64,000 nucleotides of DNA, from the NCBI GenBank assembly GCA_035506675.1, contig DATJOX010000055.1, positions 10,951 to 74,950 of the forward strand. The letters are read 5' to 3'. The notes beneath the pieces are model-generated. The model ran no database searches. It was given only the letters and a program-made list of their open reading frames with translations, and was not told where the DNA came from. The translations under genes were made by a program, and so were the position numbers. The DNA is from Methanomassiliicoccales archaeon. GTDB taxonomy: Archaea > Thermoplasmatota > Thermoplasmata > Methanomassiliicoccales > UBA472. Shown in pieces: positions 7,963 to 16,206 of this stretch (the first letter of the stretch is position 1; the number at the start of each line of letters is the position of its first letter).

Positions 7963-8891
7963 CTCAGCTCGCCTCCGAGGACAAGGAGCAGGAGTGCCAT
8001 CCTGACCGGGACGCCGTTGAACGCCTGATCGAAGTACTTGGCGTGCGGAGTGTCGTCAACCTCGGGCGCGATCTCGTCGACTCGGGGCAGAGGGTGCATG
8101 ACGATGAGGTCCTTCTTGGCCTCGCGCAACAGAGCGTTATCGATGCGGTAACAGCCCGCGACCTTCTGGTACTCGGTCGGGTCCGGGAACCTTTCCTTCT
8201 GGATCCTGGTGACGTAGAGGACGTCGACCTCGCGGATCACTTCCTCGAGTTTCGACGTCAGCTTCGGCTTGCCGCCGAGCTTCTCGACCTGCTTGACCGT
8301 CTCGCGCGGCATCTGCAGGCTCGCCGGCGCGACGAACGTGACTTCGCCGCCGAACATCGTCAATGCTTCGGCCAGGGAGTGCACCGTCCGACCGTATTTC
8401 AGGTCCCCGACCAGGGCGACCTTCACGCCCTCGATCGTGCCCTTCGACCGGCGGATCGTGAACAGGTCGAGGAGGGTCTGGGTGGGATGCTGCCCGGCAC
8501 CGTCGCCGGCGTTGATCACGGGTTTGGATGAGAAGTGCGCGGCCAGTCTCGCGGCGCCCTCGTGCGGGTGCCTGAGGACGATGACATCGGAATAGGCCTC
8601 CACCATGCGGATTGTGTCCGCGAGCGTCTCGCCCTTCGCGATCGACATCATCGAGGGGTGCGACATCTCGAGCGTCTTGCCGCCCAGGCGCGCCATCGCG
8701 CTCTCGAACGACATCCTCGTGCGCGTCGAAGGCTCGAAGAACAGGTTGGAGAGGATCTTTCCCTCCATGGCCTTCGTGTGCTTCTCCCCTCGGGCGTAGG
8801 GGATCATCTTCTCCGCGAGGTCCATGACCTGCTCCGCGCGCTCAACCGTTAGGTCACGAATAGAAACGATGTCGGCGCCCTTGAAGTCCAT
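7959..8891 (-). CDS. pyrB: Aspartate carbamoyltransferase catalytic chain
   Basis: FFEPSTRTRMSFE and GQHPTQTLLD motifs; 310 aa. Confidence 0.95.
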   Translation of the reverse strand: MDFKGADIVSIRDLTVERAEQVMDLAEKMIPYARGEKHTKAMEGKILSNLFFEPSTRTRMSFESAMARLGGKTLEMSHPSMMSIAKGETLADTIRMVEAYSDVIVLRHPHEGAARLAAHFSSKPVINAGDGAGQHPTQTLLDLFTIRRSKGTIEGVKVALVGDLKYGRTVHSLAEALTMFGGEVTFVAPASLQMPRETVKQVEKLGGKPKLTSKLEEVIREVDVLYVTRIQKERFPDPTEYQKVAGCYRIDNALLREAKKDLIVMHPLPRVDEIAPEVDDTPHAKYFDQAFNGVPVRMALLLLVLGGELR

Positions 8892-8953
8892 GTGGTTCCC
8901 AGTCTTCCGAATACTCCATTTTCATATAAGTTAACTTCTACCGAGCCAGCCAG

Positions 8954-9334
8954 TCAGGTTCTCGTTTCGTCCGCGGACTCGAATTTGTTGAGGACTTCCT
9001 GCATCCTCGCGTACCAGTCGTTGACGCATTGTTCGAGCTTGGCGCGGAGCGCGCTGCGGTCTATGGGCTTGTACACGTGATAGTATCCGCCGCGCTCGAT
9101 GCGCCTCGTCTCGCGGTACACCATCCCGCAGGTCATGAGCTTCTGTAGCGCTCGGTAGACTGTGGAGCGGTCCTTCCCGATCTTGGCGGCTAGCTCGTCC
9201 GCCCGGACCGGTCCCGACTGGGTGAGCTGGTAGTAGACTTCGACCTCGAAGCTTCCAAGTGAGAACGCGCACTGCACCAGGTCGTGGCAGGTGTGCACTT
9301 CTCCGATCACTTTCTCGGGCAGCATGCAAAGCAC
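8954..9334 (-). CDS. TrmB/ArsR-type winged-helix transcription regulator
   Basis: EVEVYYQLTQSGPVRADELAAKIGKDRSTVYRALQKLMTCGMV is an HTH segment. The gene is divergent from the tusA-dsrE cluster. Confidence 0.6.
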   Translation of the reverse strand: MLCMLPEKVIGEVHTCHDLVQCAFSLGSFEVEVYYQLTQSGPVRADELAAKIGKDRSTVYRALQKLMTCGMVYRETRRIERGGYYHVYKPIDRSALRAKLEQCVNDWYARMQEVLNKFESADETRT

Positions 9335-9366
9335 CAGCGGACTCTCGTGGCACCGCTTCGAAAGCC

Positions 9367-9372
9367 TTATAT
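9367..9372 (-). promoter_or_regulatory. TATA box for the TrmB-like regulator
   Basis: ccTTATATcc, 33 nt upstream of GTG 9334. Confidence 0.4.
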
Positions 9373-9381
9373 CCTATCGAG

Positions 9382-9389
9382 TTTTTATA
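9382..9389 (+). promoter_or_regulatory. TATA box (TTTTTATA) for the tusA-dsrE operon
   Basis: 41 nt upstream of ATG 9430. An AAGGTGG Shine-Dalgarno-like motif sits at 9418..9424. Confidence 0.45.
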
Positions 9390-9429
9390 GTTGTCGCACA
9401 ACCGTGCAAAACCGTTCAAGGTGGCGGTC

Positions 9430-9660
9430 ATGAACAAGGATGAAAGTCTGGATTGCAAGGGCCTGATGTGCCCGATGCCGATAGTCAGGCTGGCCAAGAA
9501 GATGAAGGAGATGCAGGTCGGGAAGGTCCTCGAGCTGGTCGTAGACGATCCTGGCTCGAAGGAGGACGTCCCCGCCTGGTGCAGCCGCACCGGCAACGAG
9601 CTGGTGGAGATGAAGCAGGAAGGCAACGTCTTCTACTTCTACATCAAGAAGAAGGTGTAG
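9430..9660 (+). CDS. tusA: TusA/SirA-family sulfurtransferase
   Basis: LDCKGLMCPMPIV active-site motif. 76 aa from the internal ATG with SD; the longest ORF starts at TTG 9391. Confidence 0.8.
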   Translation: MNKDESLDCKGLMCPMPIVRLAKKMKEMQVGKVLELVVDDPGSKEDVPAWCSRTGNELVEMKQEGNVFYFYIKKKV

Positions 9661-9713
9661 AGGGGAAGGATTTCATATTGGATGGTCAAGTGAAGCTAGG
9701 GGAGTGAGGAAGT

Positions 9714-10124
9714 ATGGCGGACATGAAGAAGCTGGTCATAGTGGTCTCTGAGGGAACGTTCGACAAGGCGATGGAGTCGATGATGATCGCGAACACGGCG
9801 GCGAGCATGGGCATCGACGTGCACGTGTTCCACACGTTCTTCGGGCTGCCGCTGCTTAAGGCGAATGCGGACCCGAAGGCGCCCGGCATGATGAGATTGT
9901 TCACGGGCATGTTCAAGAACAAGATGAAGGCGGTCGGGGTGCCTGGATACTCGGAGCAGAAGAAGATGGCGATCGAGCAGGGCGTGCACATGTACGCATG
10001 CTCGACCTCGATGAGCGTCATGGGCGTAACGAAAGAGGATCTCACCCCGGGGACGGTCGTCCTGGGCGCGGCCGCGTTCCTGAACATCGCCGCGGACAGC
10101 GACATGCAGTTCTTCATCGGGTGA
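9714..10124 (+). CDS. DsrE2-type (DsrE/DsrF-like, COG2210) sulfur carrier
   Basis: KKLVIVVSEGTFDKAMESMMIANTAASMG...VHMYACSTSMSVMGV; 136 aa. Confidence 0.7.
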   Translation: MADMKKLVIVVSEGTFDKAMESMMIANTAASMGIDVHVFHTFFGLPLLKANADPKAPGMMRLFTGMFKNKMKAVGVPGYSEQKKMAIEQGVHMYACSTSMSVMGVTKEDLTPGTVVLGAAAFLNIAADSDMQFFIG

Positions 10125-10128
10125 GCGC

Positions 10129-10431
10129 GTGACCTCGGTCCTCTTCATCATGACGAAGTCGCCGCACGAATCGACCGGGCTGGAGCTCCTGCCCTCCCTC
10201 GCAGGGGAGAGCGAGCGGGGAGTGATGCTCTTCGAGGATGCAGTGTACTTTGCCGCCGACCAGAAGAGCGCGAAGCACCTGCTGGAGCACGTGCAGGAAG
10301 CGTTCGTCCTGAAGGACGATCTCGAGGCGCGCGGCTTCGGCGGATGCGCCACTGGCAAGTTCAAGGAGATCGACTACCACCAGGCGGTCGAGGTCATCAT
10401 GGAGAGGTACGACCGCACCATCACGGTCTGA
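10129..10431 (+). CDS. dsrH: DsrH/TusB-like protein
   Basis: 100 aa. LFEDAVYFA...VLKDDLEARGF...IDYHQAVEVI is collinear with TusB. GTG start 4 nt after the previous stop. Confidence 0.7.
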   Translation: MTSVLFIMTKSPHESTGLELLPSLAGESERGVMLFEDAVYFAADQKSAKHLLEHVQEAFVLKDDLEARGFGGCATGKFKEIDYHQAVEVIMERYDRTITV

Positions 10432-10440
10432 GGTGAGCGA

Positions 10441-10800
10441 ATGACAAAGACACTGTTGGTACACCTGCGCTCGGGCAGCATGATGAACATGGACTCGAAC
10501 TTGGCGGTGAAGTTGATGTCCGCTGCCTTGGACCAGGGCTACAACGTGCGCTTCTTCGGATACGGAGAAGGGATCACGGTCATCAAGGAAGGTCAGGACC
10601 CGAAGCGCTTCCCGAACGTGGGAAAGGAACTTATCCAGCTCGCGGAGCGCGGGGCGACGATAGTCGTATGCGAGACGTGCTGCGCGGCGCGGGGCATACA
10701 CCGCGGCGAGGAAGTGAAAGGCTCGAAGATCGGAAGCCTCACGAACGACTTCTCGAAGTTCGTGGCGGAAGCGGACCGCATCGTCACGCTGGCGAGGTGA
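10441..10800 (+). CDS. dsrE: DsrE/TusD-like protein with active-site Cys
   Basis: 119 aa. VVCETCCAARGI corresponds to the TusD/DsrE ICVAAALRRG cysteine loop. Confidence 0.75.
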   Translation: MTKTLLVHLRSGSMMNMDSNLAVKLMSAALDQGYNVRFFGYGEGITVIKEGQDPKRFPNVGKELIQLAERGATIVVCETCCAARGIHRGEEVKGSKIGSLTNDFSKFVAEADRIVTLAR

Positions 10801-10804
10801 AAGC

Positions 10805-11164
10805 ATGGCGGACAGCATCCTGATACTGGCTACGAAGGCTCCCTACGGCAACGAGGAGTTCTTCGCGGGCGCGAGGCTGTCGCTGGCGATGCTCGCTAGC
10901 GGATTGATCAGCAGGTCCACGGTGCTCATGGTCGGCGATGGCACATTGAACGCCGTCGCGACGCAGAAGCCCGAGGCGATCGCGATGCCATCGAATCCGG
11001 AAGCGATCAACGACCTGGCGGACTTCGAGGGCGAGGTGTACATGGTCGAGGAGGACCTGAAGGCTCGAGTCGGGGACGCTCCGGTGCTCGATGGCGTGAA
11101 GAAGATCTCGTGGGAGAGGGCCCAGGAGCTCATCCGCGACCATCAGCTGATCACCACCTTCTGA
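10805..11164 (+). CDS. dsrF: DsrF/TusC-like protein
   Basis: 119 aa. ILILATKAPYGNEEFFAGARLSLAM...YMVEEDLKARV...HQLITTF is collinear with TusC. Confidence 0.7.
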   Translation: MADSILILATKAPYGNEEFFAGARLSLAMLASGLISRSTVLMVGDGTLNAVATQKPEAIAMPSNPEAINDLADFEGEVYMVEEDLKARVGDAPVLDGVKKISWERAQELIRDHQLITTF

Positions 11165-11212
11165 ACGAAACGCGTGCCGGGAGCAATCCCGGCCATTCCT
11201 TTCCATCAAAGG

Positions 11213-11220
11213 TTATTAAG
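11213..11220 (+). promoter_or_regulatory. TATA box for arcS
   Basis: ggTTATTAAG, 22 nt before ATG 11242 (leaderless). Confidence 0.45.
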
Positions 11221-11241
11221 AGCGCGAGCGATTGAGCCCCG

Positions 11242-12963
11242 ATGATCGAGACGCTGGCGCGGTCCTCGCTCGGGCGCACAGCCGCCTTCACGGTCGGCGA
11301 CACGAAAGTGCTCATGCCGAGCATCGCGTTCGTGGCTTCTCGTCCACTGCCAGAGGGCGCCGACGTCATCAGCGACCCAAGCAAGGGACTTCAGCTGAGG
11401 CAGGTCGGTGGCACTCTGCTGCTCGATCTCGGGGAGCGCTACTGCGCACCTATGAAATTCGAACAACCCGAGCCTGACGATGACACTTGTGGCAGCGCTC
11501 TGGCTGAGCCGATAGGAGAGAAGTGTGCGATCGAGCCAGAGGTGAGCAATGCGGAGTTGCAGGTGCTCGAAGGCGCATTCGGGCTGCGGCGGGATGCGCG
11601 TGCTTTCGTTCGCGGAATTGCTGCGGTCAGAAAGCGCATCGGCCCAAAGCCATTGCTCTTCGCTCCTGGCGTCATGGACGTCTCCAATCTCGCGTTGCTC
11701 GTCTACTGCGGCATAGACGCTATGGACTCGTCGCTCATCGACTATCTCGCATCGCAAGGCCGGCTGTCGACCGCAGAAGGACAGATCAAGGCCGAGGATG
11801 CCGATTGGATCGTCTCGACCGGAAGCGTCGAGGATACCACGAAATCCAATAGAACCGCTGCGCTCCGAGAGCTCGGTCTCGTTCGGCACATGACCACGAT
11901 CGGTAGGCTCAGGGAACTGGTCGAGATCCGCTCGCAAGCGACGCCCTGGGGGGTCGCGGCGTTGCGCCTCCTTGATCTGGAAGAGCAGGCGCTGCAGGAG
12001 AAGTTCACGGCCGTCGTGGGGCCGAGGTTCTACGCGAACTCAAAGCAGTCGCTGTCGCGACCGGATGTCGTTCGATACCGGGAGCGGATCAAGCAGCGGT
12101 TCCGCCCCGCTCCGCACAAGAAGATCCTTCTGCTCATCCCGTGCTCAGCGAAGAAGCCCTACTTCACTTCGAAGAGCCATCGCGCGTTCCGTTCTGCTCT
12201 CACGAGCGTCCCGAACCACGAGGTCGTCCAGGAGCTGATCGTGACCTCGCCCCTAGGCGTCGTGCCGCGAGAACTGGAGCTGTTCTATCCTGCCGCTCAG
12301 TACGACATCCCGGTGACGGGTCACTGGGATAGGGAGGAGGTCGCGATGGTGCGCGAGCTCGTCTCTCACGTTGCCTCGCAGGGCTTCGAGCGCGTGGTCT
12401 CCCACATGGGCCCGGAAAGCGAACTGCTAGAGGGCGTCGACTTTATCCAGACGTCCGAAGGAAGGGCCACTTCGTCGGCGTCCATCCAGAGGCTCACAAG
12501 CGCTCTGACGGATCTCTGCTCGAACTATCAGAAGGTCGGCGGAGGCCGGGACAGAACGGAGAGCGTCGCTTCCGCCGCTAGGTTCCAGTTCGGGGAAGGA
12601 GGGGAGGCGCTGGTCGAAGGGTGCAGCGTATCCGGCCTCTATCCGATATCCAAGATATCCCATCAAGGGACTCAGCTGGGCATGATCTCGCAGGAACGAG
12701 GCATGATCTCACTCACCGTTGAGGGTGGGATGCGCCTCCTGAAGCAGCGCATGCACATCGTCGAGATGGAGGATTTCGAGCTGCGCGGCAATCTTTTCTG
12801 CAAAGGTGTCAAGGAAGCGGATCCAGGCCTTCGCGCGGGCGACGAGGCTCTGGTCGTGAGGAACGGGGAATTGCAAGCGGTGGGCGTGGCCGCGGTTTCG
12901 GGGCCCGAGATGACCGCCTACGATCGCGGCATCGCGGTCACCATCAGACATAAAAAGAAGTAG
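11242..12963 (+). CDS. arcS: Archaeosine synthase alpha subunit (TGT-like N-domain, DUF5591, C-terminal PUA)
   Basis: 573 aa. KKILLLIPCSAKKPYFTSKSHRAF (DUF5591-type) and a C-terminal PUA-like GDEALVVRNGELQAVGVAAVSGPEM. Confidence 0.75.
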   Translation: MIETLARSSLGRTAAFTVGDTKVLMPSIAFVASRPLPEGADVISDPSKGLQLRQVGGTLLLDLGERYCAPMKFEQPEPDDDTCGSALAEPIGEKCAIEPEVSNAELQVLEGAFGLRRDARAFVRGIAAVRKRIGPKPLLFAPGVMDVSNLALLVYCGIDAMDSSLIDYLASQGRLSTAEGQIKAEDADWIVSTGSVEDTTKSNRTAALRELGLVRHMTTIGRLRELVEIRSQATPWGVAALRLLDLEEQALQEKFTAVVGPRFYANSKQSLSRPDVVRYRERIKQRFRPAPHKKILLLIPCSAKKPYFTSKSHRAFRSALTSVPNHEVVQELIVTSPLGVVPRELELFYPAAQYDIPVTGHWDREEVAMVRELVSHVASQGFERVVSHMGPESELLEGVDFIQTSEGRATSSASIQRLTSALTDLCSNYQKVGGGRDRTESVASAARFQFGEGGEALVEGCSVSGLYPISKISHQGTQLGMISQERGMISLTVEGGMRLLKQRMHIVEMEDFELRGNLFCKGVKEADPGLRAGDEALVVRNGELQAVGVAAVSGPEMTAYDRGIAVTIRHKKK

Positions 12964-13024
12964 GCACTTTCGGCGTGTCCAGTACAGCGCTCTGCCGCAC
13001 TTTCGGATACCTCCCGCGCCTCGG

Positions 13025-13032
13025 TATTTAAA
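13025..13032 (+). promoter_or_regulatory. Orphan TATA box (TATTTAAA) with no annotated gene downstream
   Basis: Same octamer as other promoters in the window, 62 nt after the arcS stop. Confidence 0.4.
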
Positions 13033-13155
13033 CGAACCCTGCAATTGCTGAGGCAGTGATGTGTCATGGATGCGGATGTTGACGACTGCAGCTGGGAAGA
13101 AGTCTATCAGCTGTACCGAGTGAACATTCGGATACACGATGCACTACCATCCCAA

Positions 13156-13195
13156 GGTGAGCCGGGGAGTAGCCCCACTCCCCTCACCGACTTTT
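13156..13195 (+). terminator. Hairpin plus T-tract (candidate intrinsic terminator)
   Basis: GGTGA-gcc-GGGGAGT-agcccc-ACTCCCC-TCACC (12 paired positions) followed by gacTTTTccc. Confidence 0.4.
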
Positions 13196-13266
13196 CCCGA
13201 AAGCGTTGGTTCTGAGAGCGCGCCAAGGTCGGCGTGCAAGACTCTCGAAAAGAAGTGAAGCGAGAG

Positions 13267-13338
13267 TGCAGGTGCCGGGATTCGAACCCGGGTGTTTAGC
13301 TTGGAAGGCTAAAATCCTAACCGCTAGATTACACCTGC
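13267..13338 (-). tRNA. tRNA-Gly (anticodon UCC)
   Basis: GCAGGTGTAATCTAGCGGTTAGGATTTTAGCCTTCCAAGCTAAACACCCGGGTTCGAATCCCGGCACCTGCA folds into a full cloverleaf. The 7-bp acceptor stem is GCAGGTG/CACCTGC, the anticodon loop is CTTCCAA, and the T-loop is TTCGAAT. No CCA is encoded. Confidence 0.9.
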
Positions 13339-13363
13339 AAGCGGGCCTCCTAATCCGCGTTCT

Positions 13364-13371
13364 CTATAAAA
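13364..13371 (-). promoter_or_regulatory. TATA box for tRNA-Gly
   Basis: tcTATAAAAAc on the + strand (TTTTTATA on the - strand), 26 nt upstream of the tRNA 5' end. Confidence 0.5.
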
Positions 13372-13443
13372 ACTGTTTTGAGGCGCGAGTTCGCCAGTGC
13401 AAGGTCGACTGGGTCTTTCGCGTCTCCTAGGATCGAGATTTGG

Positions 13444-14199
13444 TCAAAGCGGCACGCGATACCATTCGCTCAACTGTCGAGCAACCGCTTCGAACGTGGC
13501 GGGAAGCATGAAAGTGTCAGCGTGCATTGCGCCGGCGATCCGCAACGCGTTCGGCATCGAGGGCCTCAATCGGTCGCATGCCTGGACTATCTCCTGAATG
13601 TCTCTCGACCCGTAGATGATCATGTGCCTCGAGCTGTCTTCGCCATTCCAGGTCGGGATCTGCTTCAGCAGCTCGAACACCGCGCGAGGGTCGTCGGTCC
13701 GCACGCGATGCCCTCTCAGCTTCCGGAGCATCTCCTCCGTTCTTTCGCCATTGGTCCCGTCCAATGGGGGCGAGATCCCGATCGCGAAGTCCGCGCCGCT
13801 GACCAAAGAAAGCCTTCCACCGAGAGAATGCCCGATCGATACGACCTTTCCGAATTTGCGGCCATTCTGGATTGCCGCTTCAACGTCATCCAGCACAGAC
13901 TCGTTGAACCGCAGGGGATGATCCCCATGCCCCCTAAGGTCTATGCAGTCAACGACGAGCCCTGCCTGCGCCACATGCCATGAGAGGCCAAGCAGCTCCT
14001 CTTTGGAGCCGCCATATCCATGCACAACGACCGCGGCACCCACTGGCTTCGATGGGCTTATCCTGATGCTCGGTACGCTGACTTTGCCATCGGCGATGAT
14101 GGTCTCTTCGATCTTCGCTTCTCTCACCGGCGGTCGATTCTTGTGGTGCACTTGGTTCTGTCGCTCCAACCACAGGCCAATTAGATGTTTCTCAGGCAT
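13444..14199 (-). CDS. Alpha/beta-fold hydrolase
   Basis: VVVHGYGGSKEE and the nucleophile elbow IGHSLGG; 251 aa. Confidence 0.75.
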   Translation of the reverse strand: MPEKHLIGLWLERQNQVHHKNRPPVREAKIEETIIADGKVSVPSIRISPSKPVGAAVVVHGYGGSKEELLGLSWHVAQAGLVVDCIDLRGHGDHPLRFNESVLDDVEAAIQNGRKFGKVVSIGHSLGGRLSLVSGADFAIGISPPLDGTNGERTEEMLRKLRGHRVRTDDPRAVFELLKQIPTWNGEDSSRHMIIYGSRDIQEIVQACDRLRPSMPNALRIAGAMHADTFMLPATFEAVARQLSEWYRVPL

Positions 14200-14409
14200 T
14201 CAGATTCGGGTTGTCCAGGTCGTCGTTCGGGTGGAGGTTGGAGATCCGTTCTTGGCAGCATTTCTCTGCGATGAGACGATGCGCTTGGACTCTCTGCTTC
14301 GCTGCAATCATTAATCTCCCAGCAGCGCATTGCGCCCCGAACAACGGGGGAGTAGGCAGCGCCGCAAAAGGATCCTTACAAGGGAAAGCTCAAGAACGCC
14401 TGGGATGCG

Positions 14410-16206
14410 GTGAACATGATCGGTCGGGGCAAGACCGTATTCATCGGCACCGCCGCCGGGGAGCCGCAGGCCTTGACGCGAGCGCTCGGTGCCAACGCCA
14501 GCGAGATGGGCGATAACGAGATCATCCAGGCTCTGTCTCTCTTCCTCTCGCCGAAGCGTGAGGACATGATGCGCTACAACTTCCGGTTCAACGCGCTGTT
14601 CGTCGGGCCCGAGGTGCGCACCCTGGTCAAGGAAGGCCGAGGAGAATACACCCCCGCGCATCTGTCCGAGATGGCTACACTCCTCGAGGAAGGAAAAATC
14701 CACGTCGATTGCGCATTCATCCAGGTGACTCCTCCGGACGAGAGCGGGAACTGCTCTCTCGGAGTGAGCGTCGACATCACGAAGAGCGCGGCCAAGGCAG
14801 CGGAAATGGTGATCGCGCAGGTCAACCCCAACATGCCGCGCACGTTCGGCGATTCGCTGATGAACGTCGACGACATCGATGCGTTCGTATTCGAGGAAGA
14901 GCCACTTCTGGAATGGAAGAGGGTGGACGAGGTCGGTCCCGACCTCGAGCAGATCGGTCACCACGTCGCCGCGCTCGTCGACGATGGCGCAACCATTCAG
15001 ATCGGCTACGGAGCGATCCCCGACTCGGTGCTCAAGTTCCTCGGCGAGAAGAAGGACCTGGGAGTGCATTCAGAGATGTTCTCGGACGGCCTCATCGATC
15101 TGGTCGAGGCTGGCGTCATAACCTGCGCCAAGAAGACCAAGCATCCAGGCAAGGTGGTGGCCTCGTTCGCGCTCGGCAGCAAGCGCCTCTATGACTTCGT
15201 CGACGGCAACGAGATGTTCGAGTTCTACCCCTCACTTTACACGAACAGCCCCTGCACCATCCAGGCGAACAAGAACATGTGCGCGATCAACTCCGCCCTC
15301 GCGGTCGACCTCACCGGCCAGGTGTGTGCCGACCAGCTCGAGCATGAGTTCTACTCGGGCATCGGAGGTCTCGCGGACTTCATGCGCGGAGCCTCGATGT
15401 CACGCGGCGGCAAGGCGATCATCGCCATGCCATCGACGGCGCAGAAGGGAACGGTCTCGAGGATAGTGCCGACCCTTCCCGAGGGGAGCGCGGTGACGGT
15501 GAACCGGTGCGACGTCCACTTCGTCGTCACGGAGAACGGCATCGCCGAGCTCCGCGGCAAGAGCATCGAGCAGAGAGCGTTGGAGCTCATCGAGGTCTCG
15601 GCACCGAAGTTCAGGGCGCAGCTGCTGGAAGAGGCGAAGCGACTCGGGTACGTGAAGCAGGAGCGTTCTGCAGCGCCGTTCATGGGTCGGCAATATCCAT
15701 CCGACAAATCGGTGATCATGAAGGTGAAGGGGCAGGCGGTGCGCATCCGGCCGCTGAAGCCGACGGACGAGGAGGTGATCAAGGAGCTGTTCTACTCGCT
15801 ATCCGAGGACAGCGTCTACGAGCGTTTCCTTTCCTACGAGAAGATCATGCCGGTGCAGATCCGCAACCTGCTCGGCGTCGACTACGACACCAGGATGGCG
15901 ATGATCGCGATCATCCGCGAGGAAACGCGTTCCGAAGCGATCGGCATGTCTTCCTACGACCTCGACCCCGTCACTGGATTGGCAGAGGTCTCGTTCGCGG
16001 TCCGGGACGACTGGCAGAACCTGGGGGTAGGCACGCAGCTTTTCCGCATGCTCGTCGACTACGCTCGCGAGATAGGCATCCGAGGGTTCACGGCCGAGAC
16101 GCTCTCCACGAACATCCGCATGATCGATATCTTCCACCGCTCCGGTCTCCGCGTGGAGACGAAGTTGGTCGAGGACATGATCATGATCAAGGCGTACTTC
16201 CAGTGA
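14410..16206 (+). CDS. Fusion protein: acetyl-CoA hydrolase/transferase-family domain plus C-terminal Pat-type GNAT acetyltransferase
   Basis: The N-terminal ~430 aa are collinear with 4-hydroxybutyrate/acetyl-CoA transferases (GKTVFIG..., EFYSGIGGLADF). The C-terminal ~155 aa (15739..16203) read VRIRPLKPTDEE...DYDTRMAMIAI...FAVRDDWQNLGVGTQLFRMLVDYAREIGIRGF, typical of the Pat/YfiQ GNAT domain. Confidence 0.8.
   Translation: MNMIGRGKTVFIGTAAGEPQALTRALGANASEMGDNEIIQALSLFLSPKREDMMRYNFRFNALFVGPEVRTLVKEGRGEYTPAHLSEMATLLEEGKIHVDCAFIQVTPPDESGNCSLGVSVDITKSAAKAAEMVIAQVNPNMPRTFGDSLMNVDDIDAFVFEEEPLLEWKRVDEVGPDLEQIGHHVAALVDDGATIQIGYGAIPDSVLKFLGEKKDLGVHSEMFSDGLIDLVEAGVITCAKKTKHPGKVVASFALGSKRLYDFVDGNEMFEFYPSLYTNSPCTIQANKNMCAINSALAVDLTGQVCADQLEHEFYSGIGGLADFMRGASMSRGGKAIIAMPSTAQKGTVSRIVPTLPEGSAVTVNRCDVHFVVTENGIAELRGKSIEQRALELIEVSAPKFRAQLLEEAKRLGYVKQERSAAPFMGRQYPSDKSVIMKVKGQAVRIRPLKPTDEEVIKELFYSLSEDSVYERFLSYEKIMPVQIRNLLGVDYDTRMAMIAIIREETRSEAIGMSSYDLDPVTGLAEVSFAVRDDWQNLGVGTQLFRMLVDYAREIGIRGFTAETLSTNIRMIDIFHRSGLRVETKLVEDMIMIKAYFQ

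Noticed and set aside
12709-13137. 142-aa minus-strand ORF spanning the arcS 3' end and the intergenic region.
   Set aside because: It overlaps the well-supported arcS PUA-domain coding region in antisense, has no start context, and has an Arg/His-rich composition.
13066-13215. 49-codon ORF downstream of the orphan TATA box.
   Set aside because: It reads straight through the hairpin/T-tract that looks like the terminator of the same transcript, and it has no recognisable domain. I kept it as an alternative inside the sRNA finding rather than calling it a CDS.
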